A stretch of DNA of 64,000 nt from Candidatus Omnitrophota bacterium (lineage in GTDB: Bacteria; Omnitrophota; Gorgyraeia; Gygaellales; Profunditerraquicolaceae), in assembly GCA_043823435.1 (NCBI GenBank), contig JBDRAV010000016.1, positions 1,122 through 65,121 of the forward strand. The letters run 5' to 3'. This document shows, one piece after another, positions 1 to 8,885 of the stretch. Each line of letters begins with the position of its first letter. The first letter of the stretch is position 1. A program made the translations under genes and the position numbers. Under the pieces are notes generated by a model. That model did no database searches and had not been told where the DNA came from. It worked only from the letters and a program-made list of their open reading frames with translations.

Positions 1-1662
1 CTCGCCATGTTCGGCCTCCTGGTTCTTAAAGGAGCGGGACAATAATATATTTAAGAATTCATCGTAAGAAACCTTTAATTTGATTTTGTTTTCTTTAATA
101 AAAAGTATTACGCCTCCCGGGGTAAAAGGTTTATCCAAGAATAAGGTAAGTTCAGCGATACCATTTTTTTTTATCAGGCCTTCCAGTGTTACTTTAAAAT
201 CATCCTCATTTTTGAGCGTAAAAGTTGTACCTTTGATCACCAGGGGGTTGAAGCCGTCGGTTTGGATAAGGTTGAAGAAGGTGATGATATTGGCGTCTTT
301 GATTTGCGGATTAAACCAGACGTCTGTCCTGCGGTTCTGGTTCATATCGCGGTAATTGCCGTTACCTTGTGAGAAATAAGTGGGCTGAATCTGAAATCTA
401 TTGTAGTCCCTCTCTAGGTCACCGTGTTTCCTTGAGTATAAATAGAATACAGATTCTGTGGAATCGCTCTTTCCTGCTGAGGGAGGAATCCCAGGGGATG
501 TTGGGACAGATGAGCCGGAGAAGATCAAAGGGTAACCTCCGCGCATAATATTATCTAGGTAGGTCTGCTGGACGTAGAGGTTGAATTCCTTGGAACTACT
601 CTGCGTACTTATATCCGCCTGCAGGTCTTCGATGGTCTTTTTATTTTCCTCTTTTTTTCTTAACATGTATTCCGCAGTTGCGATCCTGGTGGTCGTAGAG
701 TTAAGCGTATCGCGGCTACGCATATATCCGATGATGGAATAAATATTCTTTTCTGAATTCTTTCCCAGCTCGAAGCCTAGGAGCGTCATCCCGCAGGGCG
801 TTTTATTTTTAGTCAGTTTATCATTTGGATATATGAAATTCCTTCTTGCTAAGAATTCAACCGGACAGGAGAAATCTGTAATCGCTCCGAATACGGATTC
901 CGGATCGACGATGGGCTTTATGATCTTTGTTTTTCCCCGTTCGCAGGAAAATCCTAGGTAGAAGTTGCCTTCTTTTATATGTATTACTTCAGGCCTGTCA
1001 GTGGGGTCAACGTCAAGTTTATAGAAAGGCACATTCTTATCGAGGTTTTCTATGTTCATCCATGCCTCGACCGTGCGGCCTAATTTCTTTAAGAAAAGGT
1101 CATTTACCCCGAATGGCACGATTTGCGGAAGCCCGTCTATGACCTGCATTTCCTTGGTCACGGCGTTTGAATTTTTTACGGTTACTATCCTTGCCAGGGC
1201 AGAATAGGAGTCGTCCGGTATTGTAAAATATTCTACCTTTACGGAAAGGCCAAGCGAAAAGTTATTTTCTTCGATGATTAAACCATGCGATGTGATGCGC
1301 ATACGGTTATCCAGTTTGTAACCTAAATTAGCAAAACCGTTATGGAAGGGTTCATAGAGGACAAATTTCTTGCCGGTAAATAATTTTATAAAAGTGCGAA
1401 AGCCATGCAGGGATACCATCTGCCAGGCTTTGTTCGCGGGGAAGAATTCCAGGATGGCATGGTCTTTATCTTTTGTGCCGAAGCTGGCGATCCCCTGGCC
1501 TCGGTTGACATAGAATACCCACATCGGTATGCCGTATTTACCAGCGATGCCGGGAAAGAAATTTGCAAAGGGTTTGGCAAGGTTGTAGTTTTCGATAACA
1601 AATTCCTTGTCCTTTGCGTTTAGGCGATATCCGGGTTTTCTGTTTTTATGATTCCTAATCAT
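1..1662 (-). CDS. Large conserved hypothetical protein, N-terminal 554 codons. The gene runs off the left edge. Possibly glycoside phosphorylase/hydrolase-like, but the family is not recognised with confidence.
   Basis: Absent from the supplied ORF track because no stop codon lies inside the window. The reverse-complement reading from ATG 1662-1660 (GGAGAG Shine-Dalgarno at 1672-1667) stays open to position 1: MIRNHKNRKPGYRLNAKDKEFVIENYNLAKPFANFFPGIAGKYGIPMWVFYVNRGQGIASF...GNGNYRDMNQNRRTDVWFNP...FKNQEAEHGE. Four 60-nt blocks were spot-checked for stops. Confidence 0.8.
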   Translation of the reverse strand, partial: MIRNHKNRKPGYRLNAKDKEFVIENYNLAKPFANFFPGIAGKYGIPMWVFYVNRGQGIASFGTKDKDHAILEFFPANKAWQMVSLHGFRTFIKLFTGKKFVLYEPFHNGFANLGYKLDNRMRITSHGLIIEENNFSLGLSVKVEYFTIPDDSYSALARIVTVKNSNAVTKEMQVIDGLPQIVPFGVNDLFLKKLGRTVEAWMNIENLDKNVPFYKLDVDPTDRPEVIHIKEGNFYLGFSCERGKTKIIKPIVDPESVFGAITDFSCPVEFLARRNFIYPNDKLTKNKTPCGMTLLGFELGKNSEKNIYSIIGYMRSRDTLNSTTTRIATAEYMLRKKEENKKTIEDLQADISTQSSSKEFNLYVQQTYLDNIMRGGYPLIFSGSSVPTSPGIPPSAGKSDSTESVFYLYSRKHGDLERDYNRFQIQPTYFSQGNGNYRDMNQNRRTDVWFNPQIKDANIITFFNLIQTDGFNPLVIKGTTFTLKNEDDFKVTLEGLIKKNGIAELTLFLDKPFTPGGVILFIKENKIKLKVSYDEFLNILLSRSFKNQEAEHGE

Positions 1663-1739
1663 AATTCTCTCCGATATGTTAACTTAATTATTGTACATAT
1701 TTTAAAGCATTTGTCCACAAGAAAATTCAGAAAAAAATC

Positions 1740-1904
1740 AGGGACGTCTTTAAATGTAATCGGAAAGCGTTTATGCTATTATTCGAAAGGGTGTCCCCTC
1801 GAGCGACATTTTTCATTCAACTGTCACCTTTTTCCTGTCTGCCCTGTCTGTCCTGACTGCTGTCAGGCAGGGGGAAGGCGGGGGTTGAATTCAATGGTGT
1901 CCCT
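1740..1904 (+). repeat. AGGGAC...GTCCCT-bounded composite element, copy R0 (165 nt)
   Basis: Begins AGGGACGTCTTTA (1740-1752). Contains AAAGGGTGTCCCC (1786-1798), CCTGTCTG tandem words (1834-1850) and the hairpin CCTGAC-tgct-GTCAGG (1852-1867). Ends GGTGTCCCT (1896-1904). Module order matches the copies at 12213 and 34936. Confidence 0.7.
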
Positions 1905-1919
1905 ACTTATTTTATCTGT

Positions 1920-1948
1920 TTGACTTTTTTAGGAAAGGATGTTATGAT
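1920..1948 (+). promoter_or_regulatory. Candidate sigma-70-type promoter for gatCAB
   Basis: TTGACT (1920-1925), 17-nt spacer, TATGAT (1943-1948), about 30 nt upstream of the gatC start. Confidence 0.45.
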
Positions 1949-1980
1949 TAAAAACTGCCGATTAATTAAGGAGAAGAGTG

Positions 1981-2268
1981 ATGGCGATAACAAAAGAAAC
2001 AGTGGAGCGCGTGGCGTATCTGGCACGTATTGATTTATCCCCCAAAGAGTTAGAGAAACTCTCTCATGAAATTAAAGAGATATTAAACTTTATAGATAAA
2101 TTGACGGAAGTAAATATAAAAGATATTGCCCCTACAAGCCATATCCTGCCTATTAATAATGTGTTAAGAGAGGATGATCCGGTTGCATCTTTGCCTTCCG
2201 ACAAAGCGCTGGAGAACGCCCCAAAAAAGCAGGGTAGCTTTTTTGGGGTGCCAAAAGTAATTGAATAA
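1981..2268 (+). CDS. gatC: Asp/Glu-tRNA amidotransferase subunit C
   Basis: 95 aa. ITKETVERVAYLARIDLSPKELEKL... is a typical GatC N-terminus. AAGGAG at 1968-1973 lies 7 nt before ATG 1981 (the track starts at the in-frame GTG 1978). Followed by gatA and gatB. Confidence 0.93.
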   Translation: MAITKETVERVAYLARIDLSPKELEKLSHEIKEILNFIDKLTEVNIKDIAPTSHILPINNVLREDDPVASLPSDKALENAPKKQGSFFGVPKVIE

Positions 2269-2270
2269 TT

Positions 2271-2298
2271 CAGTTATGAGTTGTGAACAGTGAGTTAT
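2271..2298 (+). repeat. 4 x 7-nt tandem array forming the gatC-gatA spacer
   Basis: CAGTTAT GAGTTGT GAACAGT GAGTTAT. The last unit carries the gatA ATG (2297-2299). Confidence 0.75.
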
Positions 2299-3769
2299 GA
2301 GAAATAATATAGAATTAAACAAGTTAACCGCACATGAGCTTATCGAGAAGATAAAATCAGGAGCAACCAAGCCCGGGGAGATAGTTAGTTCGTTAAAAAG
2401 AAGAATTAAGGATATAGACCATAAAATTAATGCCTACGTACGACATCTTGACTCTGAAGCCCTAGATTCCCAACTCCCAGCTTCCAGCTCCAATCTATAT
2501 TTAAAAGGCATACCTGTCTCTATCAAAGATAATATTTGCACTAAAGGTTATAATACCGAATGCTGCTCTAAGATCCTGGAGGGGTTTAATCCGCCGTACG
2601 ATGCCACAGTAATCAGGAAATTAAAAGAATCTGGTGCGACCGTATTCCCGGTAAAGACCAATATGGATGAGTTTGCCTTTGGTTCATCAACGGAGAATTC
2701 CCGCTATGGCCCGACACATAACCCCTGGGATTTAGAGACTGTTGCAGGTGGTTCTTCTGGAGGTTCGGCATCGGCAGTAGCTTCAGATGAGGCGATAATG
2801 GCCTTGGGTTCGGATACGGGCGGCTCTATCCGTCAACCTGCATCTTTCTGTGGCGTGGTCGGGCTTAAGCCTACTTATGGGAGGGTTTCACGTTATGGGT
2901 TGATTGCATTCGCCTCAAGCCTGGACCAGATCGGTCCCCTCACCAAAGATGTCAGGGATAGCGCGATCTTAATGAATGTCATTTCCGGATACGACCACTA
3001 TGATTCTACTTCCGTAAATATTGATGTGCCGGATTATACCGCATCATTGGGGGCGGATATCAAGGGATTAAAGATCGGCACTCCAAAGGAATATTTTATT
3101 GCTGGTATGGATAAAGAAGTCAAGATAATAGTGGAGGAAGCTATAGATAAACTAAAGAGCCTGGGAGCCGAGCATAAACCGGTTTCATTGCCGAATACCC
3201 GGCATGCAATACCGGTTTATTATGTTGTTGCTACGGCAGAGGCGAGCTCCAATTTAGCGCGCTTTGACGGAGTGCAGTATGGTTTTAGAACCGAGAGCCG
3301 AGAGCCGAGAACCGAGAACCGAGTGATAGATATGTATAAAGGGACACGCGGAGAAGGGTTTGGGCAGGAAGCCAAAAGAAGGATTATTCTTGGAACATTC
3401 GCTTTATCGCACGGATATTACGACGCATATTATCTGCGGGCTCTAAAAGTAAGGACCATGATAAAGCAGGATTTTGACAGGGCCTTTACAAAATTTGATT
3501 GTTTGGTTACCCCTACGTCCCCTACGCCCGCATTTAAAATAGGTGAAAAAGCAAAAGATCCCTTAGAGATGTACCTTTCGGATATATATACCATATCAGC
3601 GAATCTATCGGGGATACCGGCGATATCCGTACCCTGCGGTTTTACCAGTAAGGGGCTGCCGGTAGGATTGCAGATTCTGGCGAAGCCGTTTAACGAAGGA
3701 TTGTTGTTCAAGGCCGCTTATGCATATGAACAAAGCACGGAGTGGCATAAGATGAGCCCCAAATTATAA
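2297..3769 (+). CDS. gatA: Asp/Glu-tRNA amidotransferase subunit A (amidase family)
   Basis: 490 aa. Amidase signature GGSSGGSASAVAS..GSDTGGSIRQPASFCG. Lies between gatC and gatB. Contains two heptamer arrays (2468-2495, 3288-3322). Confidence 0.96.
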   Translation: MRNNIELNKLTAHELIEKIKSGATKPGEIVSSLKRRIKDIDHKINAYVRHLDSEALDSQLPASSSNLYLKGIPVSIKDNICTKGYNTECCSKILEGFNPPYDATVIRKLKESGATVFPVKTNMDEFAFGSSTENSRYGPTHNPWDLETVAGGSSGGSASAVASDEAIMALGSDTGGSIRQPASFCGVVGLKPTYGRVSRYGLIAFASSLDQIGPLTKDVRDSAILMNVISGYDHYDSTSVNIDVPDYTASLGADIKGLKIGTPKEYFIAGMDKEVKIIVEEAIDKLKSLGAEHKPVSLPNTRHAIPVYYVVATAEASSNLARFDGVQYGFRTESREPRTENRVIDMYKGTRGEGFGQEAKRRIILGTFALSHGYYDAYYLRALKVRTMIKQDFDRAFTKFDCLVTPTSPTPAFKIGEKAKDPLEMYLSDIYTISANLSGIPAISVPCGFTSKGLPVGLQILAKPFNEGLLFKAAYAYEQSTEWHKMSPKL

Positions 3770-3773
3770 GATA

Positions 3774-3853
3774 GCACCAGGTGCAAAGCCAATCGGGCAC
3801 CAGGTGCGAGATTAGGTTTGCAGACGGTACAAGATAGGATTGGCACCCGGTGC
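3774..3853. repeat. Phased array of the 11-bp palindrome GCACC-W-GGTGC (four sites, 23-nt period)
   Basis: GCACCAGGTGC at 3774 and 3797, a degenerate GCAGACGGTAC at 3820, and GCACCCGGTGC at 3843. Spacers contain CCAATCGG / GATTAGG / GGATTGG. Confidence 0.8.
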
Positions 3854-3865
3854 TAGGATAAAATT

Positions 3866-5284
3866 ATGTATGAAGCGGTGATAGGATTAGAGGTACATGT
3901 TCACTTAAACACAAAGACCAAGGCATTCTGCGGTTGTTCTACGGAATTCGGCGCAGAGCCAAACTCACAGACCTGTCCCGTATGTCTGGGGTTTCCGGGT
4001 AGCCTGCCGGTTTTAAACAAAGTCGCCCTTGAATATGCGATTAAGGTGGCGCTCGCCCTGGATTGCAGTGTCCAGGAATACACTAAATTTGACCGTAAGA
4101 ATTATTTCTATCCCGACCTGCCTAAAAATTATCAGATCTCCCAGTACGACCTTCCCGTATCCTTGGATGGTTTTCTGGATATGGAATCGCATGATGGGGT
4201 TAAACGCGTACGTATACGCCGCGTGCACCTGGAGGAGGATGCCGGGAAGCTGATTCATCAGGATCGCGAAAGTCTTGTGGATTTTAACCGCGCAGGGGTA
4301 CCACTGCTTGAAATAGTAAGCGAACCGGATATATCTTCTCCCCAAGAAGCACACGAATATCTGACCGCCCTAAAGAGCATTATTGAATACCTGGAAGTCT
4401 CTGATTGCGATATGGAGAAGGGTTCTCTACGATGCGACGCCAATATTTCAGTCAGGGAGAAGGGCGTAAAGGGGCTTGGAGTAAAAACAGAGTTAAAGAA
4501 CATGAATTCATTCAAGGCGGTAAAAGAAGCATTGGGGTTTGAAATAGAGCGCCAGACAGAATTATTAGATAAAGGAGGGGTCATCGTCCAGGAGACAAGG
4601 TTGTGGGACGTCAAGAGCCTGGAAACCTTATCCATGCGCACAAAGGAGGAGGCAAAGGATTACCGTTATTTTCCCGAGCCGGACTTGCCGCCATTTATAA
4701 TCACTAAAGAAAAGATTGAAGAAATAAGAAAATCCATTCCGGAGTTACCTAAAGAGAAGAAACAGAGATTCATGCAATGGATATCGGCTTCTTCTGCTAG
4801 CACCTTGGTTTCATCTAAAATAGACGCAGAGCTTAGCGAAAGATTGCTTCAGAATTACAGCAACAAGAAGCTGGTTGCCGATTGGCTTATTAATGTTGCT
4901 TCTTCTACAGCCAATAGCTTAAAATGCTCAATAACGCAACTGGAAGTTAAGGAGGAATATTATATCGAAATTTTTCGCTACTTAGACAAGGAGTCGATTT
5001 CTAATCTGACCGCGAAAGCAGTTTGGGATGAAGTGGTTAAGACTAAAAGACCGCCTTCTGAAATCATCAAAGAGAAAAACCTCATTCAGATTTCTGATGA
5101 GTCCGTACTTAAAGAAGACATAGAAAAAGTCATAAAAGAAAACCCTAAATCCGTAGAGGCCTTTAAAGCCGGCAAAGAGAATGCAGTGATGTTCTTAATC
5201 GGCCAGGTGATGAAAAAGACTCATGGTAAGGCCAATCCGAAGGTAATCCAGGATATATTAAGGAGGAGGTTGAAGGATGCGTAA
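3866..5284 (+). CDS. gatB: Asp/Glu-tRNA amidotransferase subunit B
   Basis: 472 aa. MYEAVIGLEVHVHLNTKTKAFCGC...CPVCLGFPGSLPVLN and the C-terminal GQVMKKTHGKANP are GatB hallmarks. Confidence 0.96.
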   Translation: MYEAVIGLEVHVHLNTKTKAFCGCSTEFGAEPNSQTCPVCLGFPGSLPVLNKVALEYAIKVALALDCSVQEYTKFDRKNYFYPDLPKNYQISQYDLPVSLDGFLDMESHDGVKRVRIRRVHLEEDAGKLIHQDRESLVDFNRAGVPLLEIVSEPDISSPQEAHEYLTALKSIIEYLEVSDCDMEKGSLRCDANISVREKGVKGLGVKTELKNMNSFKAVKEALGFEIERQTELLDKGGVIVQETRLWDVKSLETLSMRTKEEAKDYRYFPEPDLPPFIITKEKIEEIRKSIPELPKEKKQRFMQWISASSASTLVSSKIDAELSERLLQNYSNKKLVADWLINVASSTANSLKCSITQLEVKEEYYIEIFRYLDKESISNLTAKAVWDEVVKTKRPPSEIIKEKNLIQISDESVLKEDIEKVIKENPKSVEAFKAGKENAVMFLIGQVMKKTHGKANPKVIQDILRRRLKDA

Positions 5285-6566
5285 TAGAACTGCTGTGGTG
5301 ATAATCTCAGCTTTGCTGATCTTTGGGATTTATTCCATTGTTTCATCGGACGGGGACCAGAATAAGGCGCCCAAGGATACAAAAGACGACTTATACCGGC
5401 AGGTAGAGCTTTTTTCCGACACCTTGGCAATTATAAAATCCGAATATGTCGACGAAAGTGAGCCTCGTAGTTTAATTTATGGTGCCCTGAAGGGTATGCT
5501 TTCATCTCTTGACCCCCACAGCCAGTTTATGGACCCCGATACCTATAACGAATTGAAGGTAGATACGGAAGGGAAGTTCGGCGGCCTGGGTATAGAGATT
5601 ACCATAGCTGACGGATTGTTGACCGTCGTAACCCCCATAGAAGACACGCCGGCATGGAAAGCTGGGTTAAAGCCTAATGACAGGATTGTAAAGATCAACG
5701 GAGAATTAACCCGTGATATGACTCTCACGGAAGCAGTAAAGAGGCTAAGAGGTAATCCCGGAGAAGCGGTAAATATCACTATCTTGAGGGAGTCAGAAAA
5801 AAAGATATTGGATTTTAAGATAGTGCGCGATATTATCAAAGTGAACAAGATAAAAGAAACAAAGATCCTACAGGATAAGATCGGCTATATACGTCTGGCT
5901 GAATTCGGGGAGAGCAGCGCCAAAGATATGAACGCAGCTTTGGAGAGCTTAAAGCAGCAGGGGATGGATGCGCTTATACTGGATTTACGCAATAATCCCG
6001 GCGGGCTCCTTGACGCCGCAGTAAGGATTACCGGGAAATTTCTTGATAAAGATAAGTTGATTGTTTATACCAAAGGCCGTAAACCCAACCAGAGCCTGAA
6101 GTTTTATTCTGAGGAGAAACATCCTTTTACAGATATGCCTATGGCGGTACTGATAAATGAAGGCTCTGCTTCAGGCAGCGAAATCATGGCTGGGGCTTTC
6201 CAGGACCATAAGCGGGCCATAATATTAGGTACTAAATCATTCGGTAAGGGCTCGGTGCAGACGATAGTTCCGTTAAGCGATGGTTCTGCGCTTCGGCTTA
6301 CCACGAGCAGGTATTTTACTCCTTCAGGTAGACAGATACACGAGAAAGGTATAGTGCCTGATATAGTTGTAGAAGAAGGCAGGATAGAACTTACTGAAGA
6401 GAGTGTGCCCAAGATCCAGAAACCTGAAGAGATATTCGAGCAGATCGAACAGAAGGATAAGCCCGTGAAGAAAGAAGATTCTAAAGAATATACTTCCGAT
6501 AATCAGCTCATGCGGGCGGTGGATGTCTTAAAGGCGATCCGTATATATAAGGAAGACAGGAAATAA
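5277..6566 (+). CDS. ctpA: Carboxy-terminal processing protease (S41 family, PDZ domain)
   Basis: 429 aa. N-terminal membrane helix, PDZ region (GIEIT..DTPAWKAGLKPNDRIVKING), S41 catalytic region (LDLRNNPGG...SASGSEI...GTKSFGKGSVQ). Confidence 0.92.
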   Translation: MRNRTAVVIISALLIFGIYSIVSSDGDQNKAPKDTKDDLYRQVELFSDTLAIIKSEYVDESEPRSLIYGALKGMLSSLDPHSQFMDPDTYNELKVDTEGKFGGLGIEITIADGLLTVVTPIEDTPAWKAGLKPNDRIVKINGELTRDMTLTEAVKRLRGNPGEAVNITILRESEKKILDFKIVRDIIKVNKIKETKILQDKIGYIRLAEFGESSAKDMNAALESLKQQGMDALILDLRNNPGGLLDAAVRITGKFLDKDKLIVYTKGRKPNQSLKFYSEEKHPFTDMPMAVLINEGSASGSEIMAGAFQDHKRAIILGTKSFGKGSVQTIVPLSDGSALRLTTSRYFTPSGRQIHEKGIVPDIVVEEGRIELTEESVPKIQKPEEIFEQIEQKDKPVKKEDSKEYTSDNQLMRAVDVLKAIRIYKEDRK

Positions 6567-7358
6567 GTGAAAAGACGGCCCGTATACAAGATCCTGACCT
6601 TTATTTTATTGTCTGTGGTAATCATAGAAACCGTATTGCTTATACATCTGTGGATAAACCGGACCGTGTCCAGGAAGGCAGCCAAGATACCTGCGGTTAC
6701 AAAGAGCAGGATAGCAATAGTCATTGATGATTGGGGTTACAATCAGGATAATCTCAATATCCTGAATGAGATAAAATATCCTTTTACCGCTTCGGTTTTG
6801 CCCAGGCTTGATTATTCAAAGGAAGTTGCAAAAGAATTGCACGAAAATGGAGTCCAGGTCATGCTACATTTGCCTATGGAGCCCCGGGAAAGCTCAAGAT
6901 TAGAGAAGAATACTATACTTGTTTCTATGAGCGAACAGGAGATAAAGGGTATCATCGGGAAGGACCTGGCCGATATTCAATATGCGGTAGGTGTATCCAA
7001 TCATATGGGCTCCAAGGCTACCGAAGACCCTAAAACTATGGGTATCGTGTTTAAAGAACTGAAGAAGAGGAATCTTTTTTTTCTGGATAGCGTAGTTTCC
7101 TCCAAAACCATCTGTTCCGGGCTTGCGGAGAAATCCGGCTTAGGTTTTATAAAAAGAGACGTCTTTATTGATAATAATGAAGACCCCGGATATATAAAGG
7201 AGCAGTTCTATAAATTAAAAAGAAAGGCCTTGTTGCGCGGCTATGCCGTAGGTGTGGGCCATGACCGCAGGAATACCCTGGAGGTTATGAAGGAGATAAT
7301 GCCGCAAATAGAAAAAGAAGGATATGAATTTGTTTTTATTTCTGAGATGGTGAAATAA
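6567..7358 (+). CDS. Divergent polysaccharide deacetylase family protein (YibQ-like)
   Basis: 263 aa. N-terminal membrane helix, then IAIVIDDWGYN...VMLHLPMEP...SNHMGS, typical of the YibQ family. The ctp-yibQ adjacency is common. GTG start. Confidence 0.85.
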   Translation: MKRRPVYKILTFILLSVVIIETVLLIHLWINRTVSRKAAKIPAVTKSRIAIVIDDWGYNQDNLNILNEIKYPFTASVLPRLDYSKEVAKELHENGVQVMLHLPMEPRESSRLEKNTILVSMSEQEIKGIIGKDLADIQYAVGVSNHMGSKATEDPKTMGIVFKELKKRNLFFLDSVVSSKTICSGLAEKSGLGFIKRDVFIDNNEDPGYIKEQFYKLKRKALLRGYAVGVGHDRRNTLEVMKEIMPQIEKEGYEFVFISEMVK

Positions 7359-8338
7359 TGTATGTTTTAGGGATTGAAACTTCCTGCGATGAGACTGCTG
7401 CTTCGGTAGTGATGGACGGTGAGGCTGTTCTTTCCAATATAGTCAGTTCAAGCCTTAATGAGCATAAGAAATACGGAGGGATCGTACCTGAGATAGCCTC
7501 CAGGATGCACCTTGAGAGTATCTGCGGGGTTGTGGATTGCGCCGTAAAGGAGGCAAGGGTTAAATTGAACAGGATAGGTCTGGTGAGCGTGACCTCCGGA
7601 CCCGGCCTGGCAGGCTCTTTGCTTGTAGGTATATCTTTTGCTAAATCCTTAAGCCTCGGCCTCGGGGTTCCTTTAATGGAAGTAGACCATGTGGTGAGCC
7701 ATATGTATGCAAATCTTCTAAATGCGTCTGCCTTGCGGATGCCTTTTATTGCCCTTATTGTTTCAGGTGGACATACCTCTTTGTTTTATGTAAAAGATTT
7801 TGATAAAATATATCCTTTAGGTAGGACTTATGATGACGCCTGCGGAGAGGCATTTGACAAGGTTGCTAAGATCTTGGGGCTCGGCTATCCCGGGGGCCCG
7901 GTAATTGAACGCCTGGCCAGGTCCGGGGACCCCCAGAAGTTTAAATTTAAATGTTCTAATACTGACCGTCCGTTGGATTTCAGTTTTAGCGGTATAAAGA
8001 CGGCAGTGCTATATACCGTAAGAAAGCATTCACAAGCCGGCAGCAGATTCATCCGTGATATCGCCGCTTCCTTTCAGGAATCAGTAGTGGATACGCTTGT
8101 CAACAAATCATTATTGGCCTGCAGGATCAAAAGAACAAAACGCCTTGTTATAGGAGGAGGCGTAGCAGCGAACAACAGGTTAAGAGAAAAATTGCGTAGC
8201 GAAGCAGGGAGGGATGGTCTGGATATATTTTTTCCACCCACGAGGCTCTGCCTGGACAACGCGGCAATGGTCGCGGGTTTAGGGTACCGCCTCTTCAGGA
8301 AAGGTTACAGGTCAGGGTTGGATTTGAACACGGGTTAA
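7358..8338 (+). CDS. tsaD: tRNA N6-adenosine threonylcarbamoyltransferase
   Basis: 326 aa. MYVLGIETSCDETAASVV...SGGHT...GYPGGP motifs. Confidence 0.95.
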   Translation: MYVLGIETSCDETAASVVMDGEAVLSNIVSSSLNEHKKYGGIVPEIASRMHLESICGVVDCAVKEARVKLNRIGLVSVTSGPGLAGSLLVGISFAKSLSLGLGVPLMEVDHVVSHMYANLLNASALRMPFIALIVSGGHTSLFYVKDFDKIYPLGRTYDDACGEAFDKVAKILGLGYPGGPVIERLARSGDPQKFKFKCSNTDRPLDFSFSGIKTAVLYTVRKHSQAGSRFIRDIAASFQESVVDTLVNKSLLACRIKRTKRLVIGGGVAANNRLREKLRSEAGRDGLDIFFPPTRLCLDNAAMVAGLGYRLFRKGYRSGLDLNTG

Positions 8339-8413
8339 ATTAGCAGACCTTTATCTAAAACCTGCCCTGTTATTATTTCCGTAAGCTGCCTGTTAATTCA
8401 GAAGGAGGTTTTG

Positions 8414-8866
8414 ATGGATATGCTTACTGATACAGAGATTATTATGCGTTTGGTTTTCGCGCTTGTCCTGAGTGGTTTTATCGGATTAGAGCGCCAGATA
8501 CACCGCAGGACTGCGGGGCTACGCACACATATCCTAGTAAGTTTGGGTTCCTGTCTTATCATGTTGACATCACTGTACATTTTTGCTATATATAAAAATG
8601 AAACCCCTTTGGATCCAGGCCGTATTGCCGCAGGCGTGATTACAGGCATAGGGTTTTTAGGGGCAGGTACGATTATACGGGAGAGAGAAGGCATAAAGGG
8701 CTTGACTACCGCTGCGAGTCTCTGGGTAGTCGCGGGTGTAGGGCTTGCGACCGGATGCGGTTTTTATAAGGCAGCCCTTTTTACCACTGTTTTAGCCTTA
8801 ATAACTCTTCTCTGCTTAAGGTATCTTGAAAAGATGATACTTGGAAAAGAAGAGCAGGCGGGATGA
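8414..8866 (+). CDS. MgtC/SapB family membrane protein
   Basis: About 150 aa. GFIGLERQIHRRTAGLRTHILVSLGS...GVITGIGFLGAGTI. GAAGGAGG at 8401-8408. The start could be TTG 8411 or ATG 8414. Confidence 0.88.
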   Translation: MDMLTDTEIIMRLVFALVLSGFIGLERQIHRRTAGLRTHILVSLGSCLIMLTSLYIFAIYKNETPLDPGRIAAGVITGIGFLGAGTIIREREGIKGLTTAASLWVVAGVGLATGCGFYKAALFTTVLALITLLCLRYLEKMILGKEEQAG

Positions 8867-8885
8867 TTACAAAGGAGGTGGGGTG

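Noticed and set aside
1711-1719. A DnaA-box-like TTGTCCACA in the divergent region, raising the possibility of oriC at the strand switch
   Set aside because: There is only a single 8/9 match. There is no cluster of boxes, no AT-rich unwinding element that I could define, and no dnaA or dnaN nearby.
1405-1923. Plus-strand track ORFs at 1405-1623 and 1648-1923
   Set aside because: The first is antisense to the long minus-strand gene. The second spans the repeat-filled divergent intergenic region and has no ribosome-binding site.
3841-3856. A sigma-54 promoter-like string, TGGCACCCGGTGCT, upstream of gatB
   Set aside because: The GG-to-GC distance is 10 nt rather than the 12 nt of the TGGCAC-N5-TTGC consensus. 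The string is simply one copy of the GCACC-W-GGTGC palindrome.
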